64,000 bases of DNA from an uncultured cyanobacterium (lineage in GTDB: Bacteria > Cyanobacteriota > Cyanobacteriia > Cyanobacteriales > Cyanobacteriaceae). The translations under genes and the position numbers were made by a program. Below the pieces are notes generated by a model. It was not told where the DNA came from. It saw only the letters and a list, made by a program, of their open reading frames with translations, and searched no databases. Positions 31,108 through 41,002 of this stretch are shown in pieces. The stretch is from the NCBI GenBank assembly GCA_963749915.1, contig CAVVOP010000005.1:192001-256000 (forward strand), read 5' to 3'. Position 1 is the stretch's first letter. Each line of letters begins with the position of its first letter.

Positions 31108-32472
31108 CTAATTACTTATGTCATTATTTAAAGAGGGTAAAAATGTAACTAAAGGTGGGAAAATAATGATTAATAATAACACTAATAATTGCAATAAAAT
31201 AAACGGAATTACTCCTTTATAAATATCTGTTGTTTTGATTTGGGGTGGTGCAACTCCCCGTAAATAAAACAAGGCAAAACCGAAAGGTGGCGTTAAAAAT
31301 GAGGTTTGTAAATTAGCTCCTAAAATTACTCCATACCATAATAAATCTAAGCCTAAAGCCTTCGCCGCAGGAGCAAAAATGGGAATAACAATAAAAGCAA
31401 TTTCAAAGAAGTCAATAAAAAATCCTAAGACAAAAACAACTAACATATTAACAGCCAAAAATCCCCATTGTCCTCCGGGTAAATTGACTAATAATTCTTC
31501 CATAAAATGATCACCACCAACACCTCGAAATACTAAACTAAAAGCCGTTGAACCTAATAAAATAAACATCACCATGGAGGTAATTCTCATGGTAGAGTCA
31601 CAGGCTTTTTTAACAGCATTCCATGTCAAATTTTTGTTGAAATAGGCTAATATCATCGCCCCTAATGAACCGATTGCTCCCGCCTCTGTAGGTGTTGCAA
31701 CTCCAAAAAAGATACTCCCTAACACCAATAAAATTAAGATAAAAGGAGGAATCATAGCCTGATAAACCCTAATCCACAAAGCCTTACCACCAATATTTCT
31801 CACTTGTGAAGGTAACGCAGGGGCTGTGTCAGGACGAATCCATGCTACAATCAACACATGAGCTGCAAACGCTGCTGCCATCATTAATCCGGGTATCAAT
31901 GAACCCATGAACAAATCCCCTACCGGTGCACCTAATTGATCTGCTAATACCACTAAAACCACGCTAGGAGGGATAATTTGCCCTAACGTACCACTAGCGG
32001 CGATTACTCCCGTAGCTAATTGTTTATTGTAGCCATAACGAAGCATAATCGGTAAAGAAATTAAACCCATAGCCACAACAGTAGCCGCCACAACTCCAGT
32101 GGTGGCCGCCAATAATGCCCCAACGACGACAACAGCTAGGGCTAATCCCCCCCTCATTCTGCCGAATAAAATACCCATTGTTTCTAGTAATTTTTCGGCG
32201 ATACCCGTGATTTCTAACATTGACCCTAAAAAGATAAAATAGGGAATAGCGAGGAGGGTATAGTTAGACATGACACCAAAAATTCGCGAAGGCATAGCAC
32301 TGAAAAAAATAGGATCAAAAACTCCTAATATTGAACTGATAATGGCAAAAATCAGTGCCACTCCTCCGAGGGAAAAAGCGACGGGATAACCTAATGACAA
32401 AAATAGTAATGCCACCACAAACATTAATATTCCTAACCAATCGTACATAAGTTCATCGAATACTCTCATCAC
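31108..32472 (-). CDS. dctM: TRAP transporter large permease subunit
   Basis: LLAIPYFI, ASGTLGQIIPPS, TPTEAGA, TPPFG. Confidence 0.9.
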   Translation of the reverse strand: MMRVFDELMYDWLGILMFVVALLFLSLGYPVAFSLGGVALIFAIISSILGVFDPIFFSAMPSRIFGVMSNYTLLAIPYFIFLGSMLEITGIAEKLLETMGILFGRMRGGLALAVVVVGALLAATTGVVAATVVAMGLISLPIMLRYGYNKQLATGVIAASGTLGQIIPPSVVLVVLADQLGAPVGDLFMGSLIPGLMMAAAFAAHVLIVAWIRPDTAPALPSQVRNIGGKALWIRVYQAMIPPFILILLVLGSIFFGVATPTEAGAIGSLGAMILAYFNKNLTWNAVKKACDSTMRITSMVMFILLGSTAFSLVFRGVGGDHFMEELLVNLPGGQWGFLAVNMLVVFVLGFFIDFFEIAFIVIPIFAPAAKALGLDLLWYGVILGANLQTSFLTPPFGFALFYLRGVAPPQIKTTDIYKGVIPFILLQLLVLLLIIIFPPLVTFLPSLNNDISN

Positions 32473-32595
32473 TAACCTATCGGTTATATCATTATTGCCG
32501 ATGATTTTTTGTTAAGAATATCATCTACAGGACTAGCAAACAGCAATTACACCCAATACTGCTCGGAAGCGTGCCAAAAAGGTTACTGTGAGGGA

Positions 32596-32630
32596 AATTC
32601 AGAATTCAAAATTCAAAATTCAAAATTCAG
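32596..32630. repeat. Heptamer tandem repeat (AATTCAA)n
   Basis: aattcagaattcaaaattcaaaattcaaaattcag. Confidence 0.8.
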
Positions 32631-32693
32631 ATGAGTTATAATTTCTGTGACACAATTTAAACTCTTACACTAATAATTAGAAGAATTAAGTCT

Positions 32694-33233
32694 ATGGCTA
32701 ATAATTTTAGGGAATGGTCAAAGATTACAGAACAAATACAAAAAAAATCCGTAAACTCTCCTTCATTATGGGATACTCCTCCAGAGGAAGAACAAAAAAA
32801 TATTGAGAAAATAAAGAAACAATGGCAGAAAAAACAACATCGAGAATTTAAACGTATTCGCCATGAAGAATCCCAAAATAAAAATATTAAGGTTATTGTT
32901 TCTAGTTTCCTTGGTGTAACTTTAATTGCCTTGGCTTTTCCTCATCTTGCTAATTGGTGGCAAATGAAACATAATAGCGTCACGGAATTATCACCTGAAG
33001 AAACACCAGAGGATGGTGGTAAAAAAGGCGGATTTTTAAATAAATTAAAGGCTTTAAAGGAAGACGAAGAAGGAGAAACCAATTCACAAAAACCGCAAGA
33101 AAAAAAAGCGGGTATAGGCGAACAATTAGAGGAAAGTATTGATAGTATAAAACAAAATAGGGATAATTTGAAAAAAGCGATTGATCTTTCCGATGGTAAA
33201 GAAATTAATTTGGAAAGGGAAAAAAATAAATAA
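32694..33233 (+). CDS. Hypothetical single-TM protein
   Basis: 179 aa ORF with one hydrophobic segment. Confidence 0.6.
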   Translation: MANNFREWSKITEQIQKKSVNSPSLWDTPPEEEQKNIEKIKKQWQKKQHREFKRIRHEESQNKNIKVIVSSFLGVTLIALAFPHLANWWQMKHNSVTELSPEETPEDGGKKGGFLNKLKALKEDEEGETNSQKPQEKKAGIGEQLEESIDSIKQNRDNLKKAIDLSDGKEINLEREKNK

Positions 33234-33305
33234 ACCAGACCTAATTAATTTTTTCAGCAAATCCTAATTAACAATCAAATTTGTAACTCAAAATCCAATC
33301 AATTG

Positions 33306-33563
33306 ATGGCTGACTCAATCATGTATCAAGAAGATGGTTATGTGGTGTTAGAAACCAATCAACCAGAGGAATTAATGACAGAATCGGAGTTGTTGAAGAA
33401 AATAGAGGCAGTTTTGATGAATCAGTCAGATTTACCCCCTGATATAGCCAAATTTGATTCTATTGCTCAACAAGCGGAATATTTATTACACAATTACTGT
33501 GAATTTAATGCCGATGATAATAACTATTTACAATGGTATGTGGTGCGTTGGGAAAAAAGATGA
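33306..33563 (+). CDS. Chlororespiratory reduction 7 (NDH-1 assembly) protein
   Basis: YVVLETNQPE...LQWYVVR motif. Confidence 0.8.
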   Translation: MADSIMYQEDGYVVLETNQPEELMTESELLKKIEAVLMNQSDLPPDIAKFDSIAQQAEYLLHNYCEFNADDNNYLQWYVVRWEKR

Positions 33564-34018
33564 CTTGTTTTACTAATTTTGCCATTACTTTTTCACCTCT
33601 TTCCGTTGCCGAAGTTTATCAATTAGCCAATAATGCTTCTAATGGTGCGATCGTATTTATGAGTGGTACGGTGAGAAATCGAACGGAAGGAAAACCGGTT
33701 AAATATTTAGAATATCAGGCTTATGAACCGATGGCCATAAAAGTTTTTCAACAAATAAGCGATAGTATTATGCGAAAATGGCAAGACACCAATACCATCA
33801 TCATTCATCATCGTATCGGTAAACTAAAAATAGGAGACATTAGCGTCTTGGTCGCCGTAGGTTGTCCCCATCGAGGAGAAGCCTTTTCCGCTTGTCGCTA
33901 TGCCATTGATACCTTAAAACACAACGCCCCTATTTGGAAAAAAGAATATTTCGAGGATGGTGCTAGTACTTGGGTTAGTATTGGATCTTGTCAAGAATTG
34001 GCTATTAATTTAGAGTGA
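33560..34018 (+). CDS. moaE: Molybdopterin synthase catalytic subunit
   Basis: GTVRN, LEYQAY, HHRIG, HRGEAF, APIWKKE. Confidence 0.93.
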   Translation: MTCFTNFAITFSPLSVAEVYQLANNASNGAIVFMSGTVRNRTEGKPVKYLEYQAYEPMAIKVFQQISDSIMRKWQDTNTIIIHHRIGKLKIGDISVLVAVGCPHRGEAFSACRYAIDTLKHNAPIWKKEYFEDGASTWVSIGSCQELAINLE

Positions 34019-34054
34019 GTGAGGGAAAGCAGGAGGATAAGTAGAAGGGAGAGG

Positions 34055-34159
34055 CTAGTGGCAGAATGCAGAATTAAGAATGTAGAATGAAAAGCCTCTA
34101 ATTTTCAAGACTTATACGAATTTAAACCCCCGTTTTATTTAGGGACTTTTCCGCCATTA
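34055..34159 (+). repeat. ~105-bp MITE-like dispersed repeat, copy C
   Basis: CTAGTGGCAGAATGCAGAATTAAGAATGTAGAATGAAAA... similar to copies A and B. Confidence 0.7.
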
Positions 34160-34191
34160 TATTGTTAATTTCTCCAAACCCCGAAATAACC

Positions 34192-35646
34192 CTAATTATC
34201 TACCTCTAAAAAGCCGTTGTAAGCTTCCATACCATGTTCGCCAATATCTAAACCTAAGGATTCTTCTTCCTCAGAAACCCTTAAACCAAGACTAACTTTT
34301 AGTATATTCCAAAATAAAATACTCAAGAATATCATGGTAAAACCGACAGTAACAATACCCAGCAATTGAACTCCTAATAAATCTAAACTTCTGCTGATAA
34401 ATAACCCCGCTATTTCTGGATTATTTGTAATATTGCCATCAGCGAACAATCCTACCGCAATTGTACCCCAAATACCATTTACTAAATGCACGGACACCGC
34501 ACCCACAGGATCATCTATTTTTAAGCTATCTGAAAGGTAAACAGCGAAAACCACCAAAATTCCCGCTAATGCGCCAATAACTGTAGCGTTGGAGTAACTC
34601 ACCATCGAACAACTAGCGGTAATAGCCACTAATCCTGATAAAACACCGTTGATAGTTAGGGATAAGTCGGGTTTTCCTGCTAAAATCCAACTGCTAATGG
34701 TGGCAGTTATCGCCCCTGAAGCCGCTGATAAATTTGTGACTACGGCAATATAGGCAATATCTTCCCCTACCGCCATAGTTGAACCTGGATTAAAGCCAAA
34801 CCAACCAATCCAGAGAATAAAACACCCCAAGGTTGCTATACTGAGATTATGGCCGGGTAATGGTACTATACTGCCGTCTATCTGATACTTGCCTAATCTA
34901 GGACCTAATATAATCGCTCCCATTAATGCACACCAGCCGCCTACAGAATGTACTACAGTTGAGCCGGCAAAGTCATGAAATCCTGCTTTTTGTAACCAAC
35001 CCCCTCCCCAAATCCAATGACCAATAAGAGGGTATGCGATCGCCACTAAAAAAAAACTAAATAAGACGAAATCAATAAACTTAATTCTTTCCGCCACCGC
35101 TCCAGAGACGATTGTCGCCGCCGTGCCGGCAAAAGCCACTTGGAATAAGAATTTTGCTGCCAAAGGGACTCCCGTCCAACTCAAGGCTCTATAAACCCCC
35201 TCATAGGCTTCTCCCATAGCCGGGCTGTTATCGGCTCCTCCAAGGAAAAAGCCTTGTAATCCTATAATGTTATTTCCGTTACCGAACATTAAACCAAAAC
35301 CTACCACCCAAAAAGCAATAGTTGATATGGCAAAAACGATCAAATTTTTGGATAACATATTAACCGCATTTTTTCGGCGACAGAAACCAGTTTCCAGCAT
35401 GGCAAAACCAGCATTCATAAAAATTACTAAAACGGAAGCTAACACCACCCATAAAGTATCTAAACCAACTTTCAACTCTCCTGTAACTAATTGTAAATCT
35501 TGGGAAGGTTTTTGGGCATACACTGCATAACTAGAAGAAAGAAGCAAAATCGCACTTAAAAGGATACAACCTTGCCAACTAGACGATTTTTTTATTCTGT
35601 GAATAATTAATTTAACTTTTTTCTGCTTAGTTTTACTTTTGAACAT
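34192..35646 (-). CDS. amt: Ammonium transporter
   Basis: GFAMLETG, DFAGSTVVHSVGG, GWFGFNPGS, IDDPVGAVSVH. Confidence 0.95.
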   Translation of the reverse strand: MFKSKTKQKKVKLIIHRIKKSSSWQGCILLSAILLLSSSYAVYAQKPSQDLQLVTGELKVGLDTLWVVLASVLVIFMNAGFAMLETGFCRRKNAVNMLSKNLIVFAISTIAFWVVGFGLMFGNGNNIIGLQGFFLGGADNSPAMGEAYEGVYRALSWTGVPLAAKFLFQVAFAGTAATIVSGAVAERIKFIDFVLFSFFLVAIAYPLIGHWIWGGGWLQKAGFHDFAGSTVVHSVGGWCALMGAIILGPRLGKYQIDGSIVPLPGHNLSIATLGCFILWIGWFGFNPGSTMAVGEDIAYIAVVTNLSAASGAITATISSWILAGKPDLSLTINGVLSGLVAITASCSMVSYSNATVIGALAGILVVFAVYLSDSLKIDDPVGAVSVHLVNGIWGTIAVGLFADGNITNNPEIAGLFISRSLDLLGVQLLGIVTVGFTMIFLSILFWNILKVSLGLRVSEEEESLGLDIGEHGMEAYNGFLEVDN

Positions 35647-35673
35647 AATTCTCGTCTAAATTTAAACTTTATT

Positions 35674-35716
35674 ATTGTAGAGGATATAGCAGATAAAATT
35701 TGGCATCAATTTTTAC
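35674..35716 (-). promoter_or_regulatory. Putative NtcA-activated promoter of amt
   Basis: Minus strand GTA-AAAATTGA-TGC (one mismatch to GTA-N8-TAC) 23 nt upstream of a TACAAT -10 box. Confidence 0.55.
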
Positions 35717-35751
35717 AAATATTTGTTTAATTATTCTTTGAAAATATTCTT

Positions 35752-37383
35752 CTAAATTGGCTTATTGTAAATCATAATTAATTGCCTTTGAGGATTATAT
35801 ACCTCCACGGGAATATTATATTGTGTGCTGATATATTGATAGTTTTTCTCAACCTGATTAATATGGGTAATAATTTGCTTTTGTTGCTCATTATTATTAC
35901 TTAAGTTTGTTACCGCCGATAAGGAAGCGATTTTTTGTAAATATCTATCCTTTAAAAAAATTTTTACGCTTTCTTTACTAATATTAAAAGTGCAAATTTC
36001 CTCAATATTTATGCAGATATTATTTAATTCTTTTTTAATTTCCTCTCTTTTGACTGCTTGTTTCAATTCAGATTTCGCCATTTCCAGTTGTTTATTAGCG
36101 TTAGATTCTAAGTCATTTATTTCTTGTTTTACCAAAACTTCTCCAGGAACTTTTTTAAATAAAGAGATAGCTTCTTTCCAGAAAGAAACTGCTTTTGTCC
36201 ATTGATTATTATTCTGAGATTCTGTGGCTAATTTTATTTTTTCTTGAGCCTGATTTTTAATATTTAAAGCCGTTTTTTCCTTATTTATTTTATTTTGAAT
36301 CTGGATGAGTTGTTGTAAATAGTTATTTAAAGTTTTGTCTTTTTCCTGATAAGCATTAGTTTGGGCCGGAATCGACTCTATAGTTTTTATGGCTAATTGC
36401 CAATTTTGTTGTAAGTTTTCTAACCCTAATAAATCAGTAACTTTTCCTTGTTGATTTTCTATATCTATAGCCATATTTCTTCCTTTATTTAAGAGCTCAT
36501 CAGCTTTTTTTTCCTGAATAATTCTCTCATCAATTACTCTTAACTGATTATTATAATTGGCTAATTTATTCTGTTTTAAGGTGTCTAATTCTTCTAGGTT
36601 TATATTATTAAAAATTGCGATAGCTTCCTGGAAAAAACCTTTAACTCTATTCCACTCATCTAAAGATAAAGGAAGATTTTGACTAACAGTTTTAGCTGTA
36701 TTTACTGACTTTAAAGCAACTAATAAATTATCTAATTGTGTAACTTTATCTTGATAATCTTTAATTAATAAATTAGCATTTTCGTGATATCTTGACCAAA
36801 AAGGAATACCTTTTAAATCATTAATTCCGGCCATTAAACCTAACTGTAACTCTTTAATTTTTGCTTCTGTTAAATCCTCTTGAGACTGAGTTTCTAATAG
36901 GCTAGATACAGAATTCTCTGTGGTTGCTATTAACTCACAGTTACCCAAAACACAAGGACGAGTAAAATAATAAATACCGCCAATTGCTCCTAAAGAAATA
37001 ACTCCTAAAATAAAGAGGATAAAACTGACAGAAAAATTAGCAGAATTATATTTTTTACGCTCTTTTAATAACGATTGATTTTCTTTAATGATATTATTTT
37101 TAGTATCATTAGAAATAAAATAGATTTTATTAACATCGTCAAAACTGCGAATTAAAAAATCACCAATAATTTGATACTCATTAATTACCTCTTGAATTGA
37201 ATTAATAATGCTCTTTAAATTATTATCCTCAATATCACTAATTAAAATCACTAAATAATTTTCTTCCTTAAAACAGTTAATTTTAAAAGAGGAATCAAAG
37301 GTTAATTCCTCATTGATAACCTCATTAAATCTTGCTTTTAAAGTGTCATAATCCATATCATTACCGATGGCAGTTTTAATCAT
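35752..37383 (-). CDS. Hypothetical membrane-anchored helical protein
   Basis: One TM then TRPCVLGNC and long alpha-helical region. Confidence 0.7.
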   Translation of the reverse strand: MIKTAIGNDMDYDTLKARFNEVINEELTFDSSFKINCFKEENYLVILISDIEDNNLKSIINSIQEVINEYQIIGDFLIRSFDDVNKIYFISNDTKNNIIKENQSLLKERKKYNSANFSVSFILFILGVISLGAIGGIYYFTRPCVLGNCELIATTENSVSSLLETQSQEDLTEAKIKELQLGLMAGINDLKGIPFWSRYHENANLLIKDYQDKVTQLDNLLVALKSVNTAKTVSQNLPLSLDEWNRVKGFFQEAIAIFNNINLEELDTLKQNKLANYNNQLRVIDERIIQEKKADELLNKGRNMAIDIENQQGKVTDLLGLENLQQNWQLAIKTIESIPAQTNAYQEKDKTLNNYLQQLIQIQNKINKEKTALNIKNQAQEKIKLATESQNNNQWTKAVSFWKEAISLFKKVPGEVLVKQEINDLESNANKQLEMAKSELKQAVKREEIKKELNNICINIEEICTFNISKESVKIFLKDRYLQKIASLSAVTNLSNNNEQQKQIITHINQVEKNYQYISTQYNIPVEVYNPQRQLIMIYNKPI

Positions 37384-37424
37384 AGTGAATTTAACCAGTG
37401 AATCCTATTTAATTTTTATATAAT

Positions 37425-37724
37425 TTATTTATTTAAGGGAGATATAGTGCGAATTATTTTCAGAATGTTCAACAAAAAAATCTTCTGGCGTAACTCAGAA
37501 TTGATCTGAGGGGGAAAAGGACTTTTTTCTATTTCCTTTTGTAATGAAGCATATTCAGCCATGGTTAAAGGTTTATTATCGAAAGGCGATCGTGCTTCAG
37601 TAATAATTTCTGTTGCTAAAATTTCTTCAGGAATATCATCTTCAGGGGGTAAAGCCGACACCGAAAAATCAAGTATTAAAAGAGTCAATATTAAAGTTAA
37701 ACTGGCGAAAAAAAAGTTAACCAT
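37425..37724 (-). CDS. Conserved hypothetical protein with signal peptide
   Basis: ALPPEDDIPEEILATEIITEARSP motif. Confidence 0.7.
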   Translation of the reverse strand: MVNFFFASLTLILTLLILDFSVSALPPEDDIPEEILATEIITEARSPFDNKPLTMAEYASLQKEIEKSPFPPQINSELRQKIFLLNILKIIRTISPLNK

Positions 37725-37851
37725 AGGGTATTATAGCGATACTTAAGATCCATAAAAAAAAGCAGTAATCAAAAAAAAATTAATCTTGAGGAAATTTTAA
37801 GCTATATTATACTATTGATCAATCAACTACTGGGAAAGTAAGGAGGTAGCT

Positions 37852-38211
37852 ATTTCAGAACAACTAAATCTGACTGTTAGCCTTAGAGGTACTCGTGAAG
37901 TCAGAAAAAACTGTCAAATCTTTCATTTACTAGGGCAATTAGATGCCTTTTCTGAACCCACCTTCCAGAAGCTGATCTTGGGTTATGTCAAAGAAAGTGC
38001 TAATCAAATCATTTTAGATCTATCTCAGATTGATTTTATTGATAGTTCAGGATTAGGTGCTTTAGTTCGTATTGCGAAACATATTGATACCCTCAAGGGA
38101 AAACTGCAAATAGTCAGTAATCCGAGAGTAACCCAAACCGTGAAAATGGTGAGATTAGAGAAATTTCTTAAACTGAAAAATTCTCTTGATGAAGCACTAA
38201 AAGATATATAG
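37852..38211 (+). CDS. STAS-domain anti-sigma factor antagonist, probable ATT start
   Basis: LTVSLRGTREV...GQLDAF...DFIDSSGLGALV; AGGAGG 5 nt before ATT 37852; in-frame stop at 37816. Confidence 0.85.
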   Translation: MSEQLNLTVSLRGTREVRKNCQIFHLLGQLDAFSEPTFQKLILGYVKESANQIILDLSQIDFIDSSGLGALVRIAKHIDTLKGKLQIVSNPRVTQTVKMVRLEKFLKLKNSLDEALKDI

Positions 38212-38243
38212 TAATTGCATTTGAACCTAGTTTCCAGCTTTGT

Positions 38244-38705
38244 TTGTCAAAAAAAAAGACGTTAGAATTACAAAATTTGCCTCCATCTAACTGCCGGAAT
38301 GAGGTTATTCCTTACTGGAAATTTATGTTTAATAGCGAAATATCTGCTTCATCCTTGCAACAAATCCCTCCGGCGTCTTTTGCTTATATCGGTGATGCCG
38401 TATATGAATTATATATCCGTACTAGCTTTTTACTGCCCCCTAAGAAAATCTCAGACTACCATCATAAAGTAGTCGAAAAGGTTAGAGCTGAAACACAAGC
38501 TTGTTATTTACAAATTCTATACCCCCTCTTGACGGAAACGGAACTAAATTGGGTTCGTAGGGGTAGAAATTCCGTTAAGAAATCTCCTCGTCGTTTATCT
38601 TTACAAATCTATCAACAAGCTACTGGTTTAGAAACATTATTCGGATACCTATACATTTGCGATCGAGAAAGACTCTATTTTTTATTATCACAGATTAAAA
38701 TTTAA
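38244..38705 (+). CDS. mrnC: Mini-ribonuclease III (start uncertain)
   Basis: AYIGDAVYEL, RRGRN, YQQATGLETLFGYL. Confidence 0.88.
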   Translation: MSKKKTLELQNLPPSNCRNEVIPYWKFMFNSEISASSLQQIPPASFAYIGDAVYELYIRTSFLLPPKKISDYHHKVVEKVRAETQACYLQILYPLLTETELNWVRRGRNSVKKSPRRLSLQIYQQATGLETLFGYLYICDRERLYFLLSQIKI

Positions 38706-38731
38706 TTTACATAATTATAAATATATTACTT

Positions 38732-39862
38732 TTGGTTAGGGAAAATTTAATTTACTCTTTATTTCCCGCCGAATATCAATTACCAACTCTAAAAAGTATT
38801 ATGTTAAACAAACCATTTTTTGAACCTCCTTTGTTACTAAAAAATGGCCTATTAATGACTTTAAATATAGCTTTTAATTCTTCTGTAAATTGGCACAAAA
38901 ATCTTAATTTATCTCCATTAAATTATCAATCTGTCATCTTTCAAGGGTATCAAAATACTCCTATTTATGCCCAAGTAGCGATTCCGCAAAATGCTAAAAG
39001 TACAATTATTGCAACTTATGGTATAACAGGAGATTTAGAAAATCAGTGGTTTTTACAAATATTAGCTCATAAGGCTTTTAGCCAAAATCATGCCATAATT
39101 TTATTTGATTGGCGATGCCATGGTAAAACAGCAAAATTATCGCCAACGTTAACTTCTGATGGATTATATGAAGGAAAAGATTTTGTCTTAATTGCCGCCC
39201 AAGCTAAAAAAATGGGATGCCCGACACCTTTTTGTTTTATGGGTTATTCCTTAGGGGGAAAATTAGCCTTATGGGGCATGAATGAGAGTAGGTTTATTAT
39301 GGATAATAAAAATTATTCTGACTTAAAAGAGTCTGACATTAAAGGCTGTGCTGTAATCTGTCCTAGCTTAGATGCCAAAAAATCCCTACTTTATTTAATG
39401 AATCATCCTATTTATAAATATTTGGAAAAAGCTATTACTAAAAATCTCAAGAATTTAGCTTTATCTCTTCATAAATATTATCCAAAAGAGTTCGATGTAG
39501 AAGTAATAAATAATATCAATAGTATTTGGGATTTTGATCAAGAATTAGTCATTAAAAAGTTAAATTTTAAAACTGTTGAAGAATACTATCATGCCACTAG
39601 CCCATTAAATTTTTTACCCGATTTAAACAAATCTACATTTATTTTATATGCCCAAGATGATCCCTTATTTTGTCCGAGTATTCTACCTGAATTAATCAAC
39701 ATAGCTAATCAGAATTCGATGATTAATTTATGGTTAACTACCTATGGCGGTCATGTGGGTTATATTAGTAGCAAAAACTGTCAAAATTCTTGGCAGGATC
39801 AAGATCAATGGTATGCTTGGAATAGAATTTTAGATTGGTGGAGTTTACAAACTAGTCGATAA
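38732..39862 (+). CDS. YheT-family alpha/beta hydrolase
   Basis: GYSLGG nucleophile, DDP, GGHVG. Confidence 0.85.
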   Translation: MVRENLIYSLFPAEYQLPTLKSIMLNKPFFEPPLLLKNGLLMTLNIAFNSSVNWHKNLNLSPLNYQSVIFQGYQNTPIYAQVAIPQNAKSTIIATYGITGDLENQWFLQILAHKAFSQNHAIILFDWRCHGKTAKLSPTLTSDGLYEGKDFVLIAAQAKKMGCPTPFCFMGYSLGGKLALWGMNESRFIMDNKNYSDLKESDIKGCAVICPSLDAKKSLLYLMNHPIYKYLEKAITKNLKNLALSLHKYYPKEFDVEVINNINSIWDFDQELVIKKLNFKTVEEYYHATSPLNFLPDLNKSTFILYAQDDPLFCPSILPELINIANQNSMINLWLTTYGGHVGYISSKNCQNSWQDQDQWYAWNRILDWWSLQTSR

Positions 39863-39974
39863 TTTCCTCTTATAACAGTGGAAAATGATGTCTTCTTCTT
39901 TTAATGTTAATAAAAGTAAAAGATATAAAACCAATTTTAAACATATTCTGTCGAATTAAGGAGCAAATAACAAC

Positions 39975-40433
39975 ATGGTGGCCAATAGAAGTAGAACTTT
40001 TTTAGCGGATTTTCGTGATTTTATCATGCGGGGCAATGTCATTGATTTAGCCGTGGCGGTTATTCTCGGAGGTGCATTTAATGGTATTGTCAATTCCCTT
40101 GTACAAGATATTATCACCCCTGCAATTTTATCTCCTGCCATCAAGGCCGCTGGAGTCGATAAATTATCAGATTTAAGCATTTCTGGCATTAAATATGGTT
40201 TATTTTTATCTTCTGTCATCAATTTTCTGGTTATTGCCTTTTCTATATTCTTGATTATCCGCAGTTTTGAGGCAATGAAAAGAAAATTTATCCGTCATCA
40301 AGAATTGGCAGCAGCAGCAGAAGCAACGGTAGAGGCGGAAGAAGTGAAACCAGAAATTTCGGCTCAGGAAAATTTAACTAAGGCCATTGAAACTCTCACG
40401 GAAGTAATTAACAATAAATCAATAAATAGTTAA
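39975..40433 (+). CDS. mscL: Large-conductance mechanosensitive channel
   Basis: FIMRGNVIDLAVAVILGGAF. Confidence 0.95.
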   Translation: MVANRSRTFLADFRDFIMRGNVIDLAVAVILGGAFNGIVNSLVQDIITPAILSPAIKAAGVDKLSDLSISGIKYGLFLSSVINFLVIAFSIFLIIRSFEAMKRKFIRHQELAAAAEATVEAEEVKPEISAQENLTKAIETLTEVINNKSINS

Positions 40434-40462
40434 CAATAAGCAATGGACAATTAACAATCAAA

Positions 40463-40918
40463 TTAAAGTGCCTGAATCGTTTTTAAGGCTTCATCTACAT
40501 GGGCTTTAAAATCTAACATGGAATTGAAAATATGACGCACAATGCCTTCTTTGTCTATAACGTAAGTAACTCTACCGGGTAACACAAAAAGAGTGGCGGG
40601 GACATCAAATAGTTTTCTGACTTGGTTTTGAGAGTCGCTTAACAAAATAAATGGTAGTTGATATTTGCTAGCGAACTGTTGATGAGATGCCACGGAATCG
40701 CCGCTAATACCGATAACTTCAGCACCAGCATTGGTAAATACATCATAATTATCTCGAAAAGCACAGGATTCGGCTGTGCATCCTGGGGTGTCGTCTTTGG
40801 GATAAAAATAGATAACTACGGCTTTTTCACCGAGAAACTGACTCAAACTGACGTTTTCTCCTGTTGCTGAAGATAATGTGAAATCTGGTGCACGATCGCC
40901 TACTTTTAAACTTGCCAT
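40463..40918 (-). CDS. bcp: Peroxiredoxin Q / BCP
   Basis: YFYPKDDTPGCTAESC. Confidence 0.92.
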   Translation of the reverse strand: MASLKVGDRAPDFTLSSATGENVSLSQFLGEKAVVIYFYPKDDTPGCTAESCAFRDNYDVFTNAGAEVIGISGDSVASHQQFASKYQLPFILLSDSQNQVRKLFDVPATLFVLPGRVTYVIDKEGIVRHIFNSMLDFKAHVDEALKTIQAL

Positions 40919-41002
40919 ATGATTGAAAATAAATTGCTGAATTGAATTAATTATAATAGAATAGTGTTTCCGTTTCTTTGAGTGGAGATAAAGATAAGTT
41001 TC

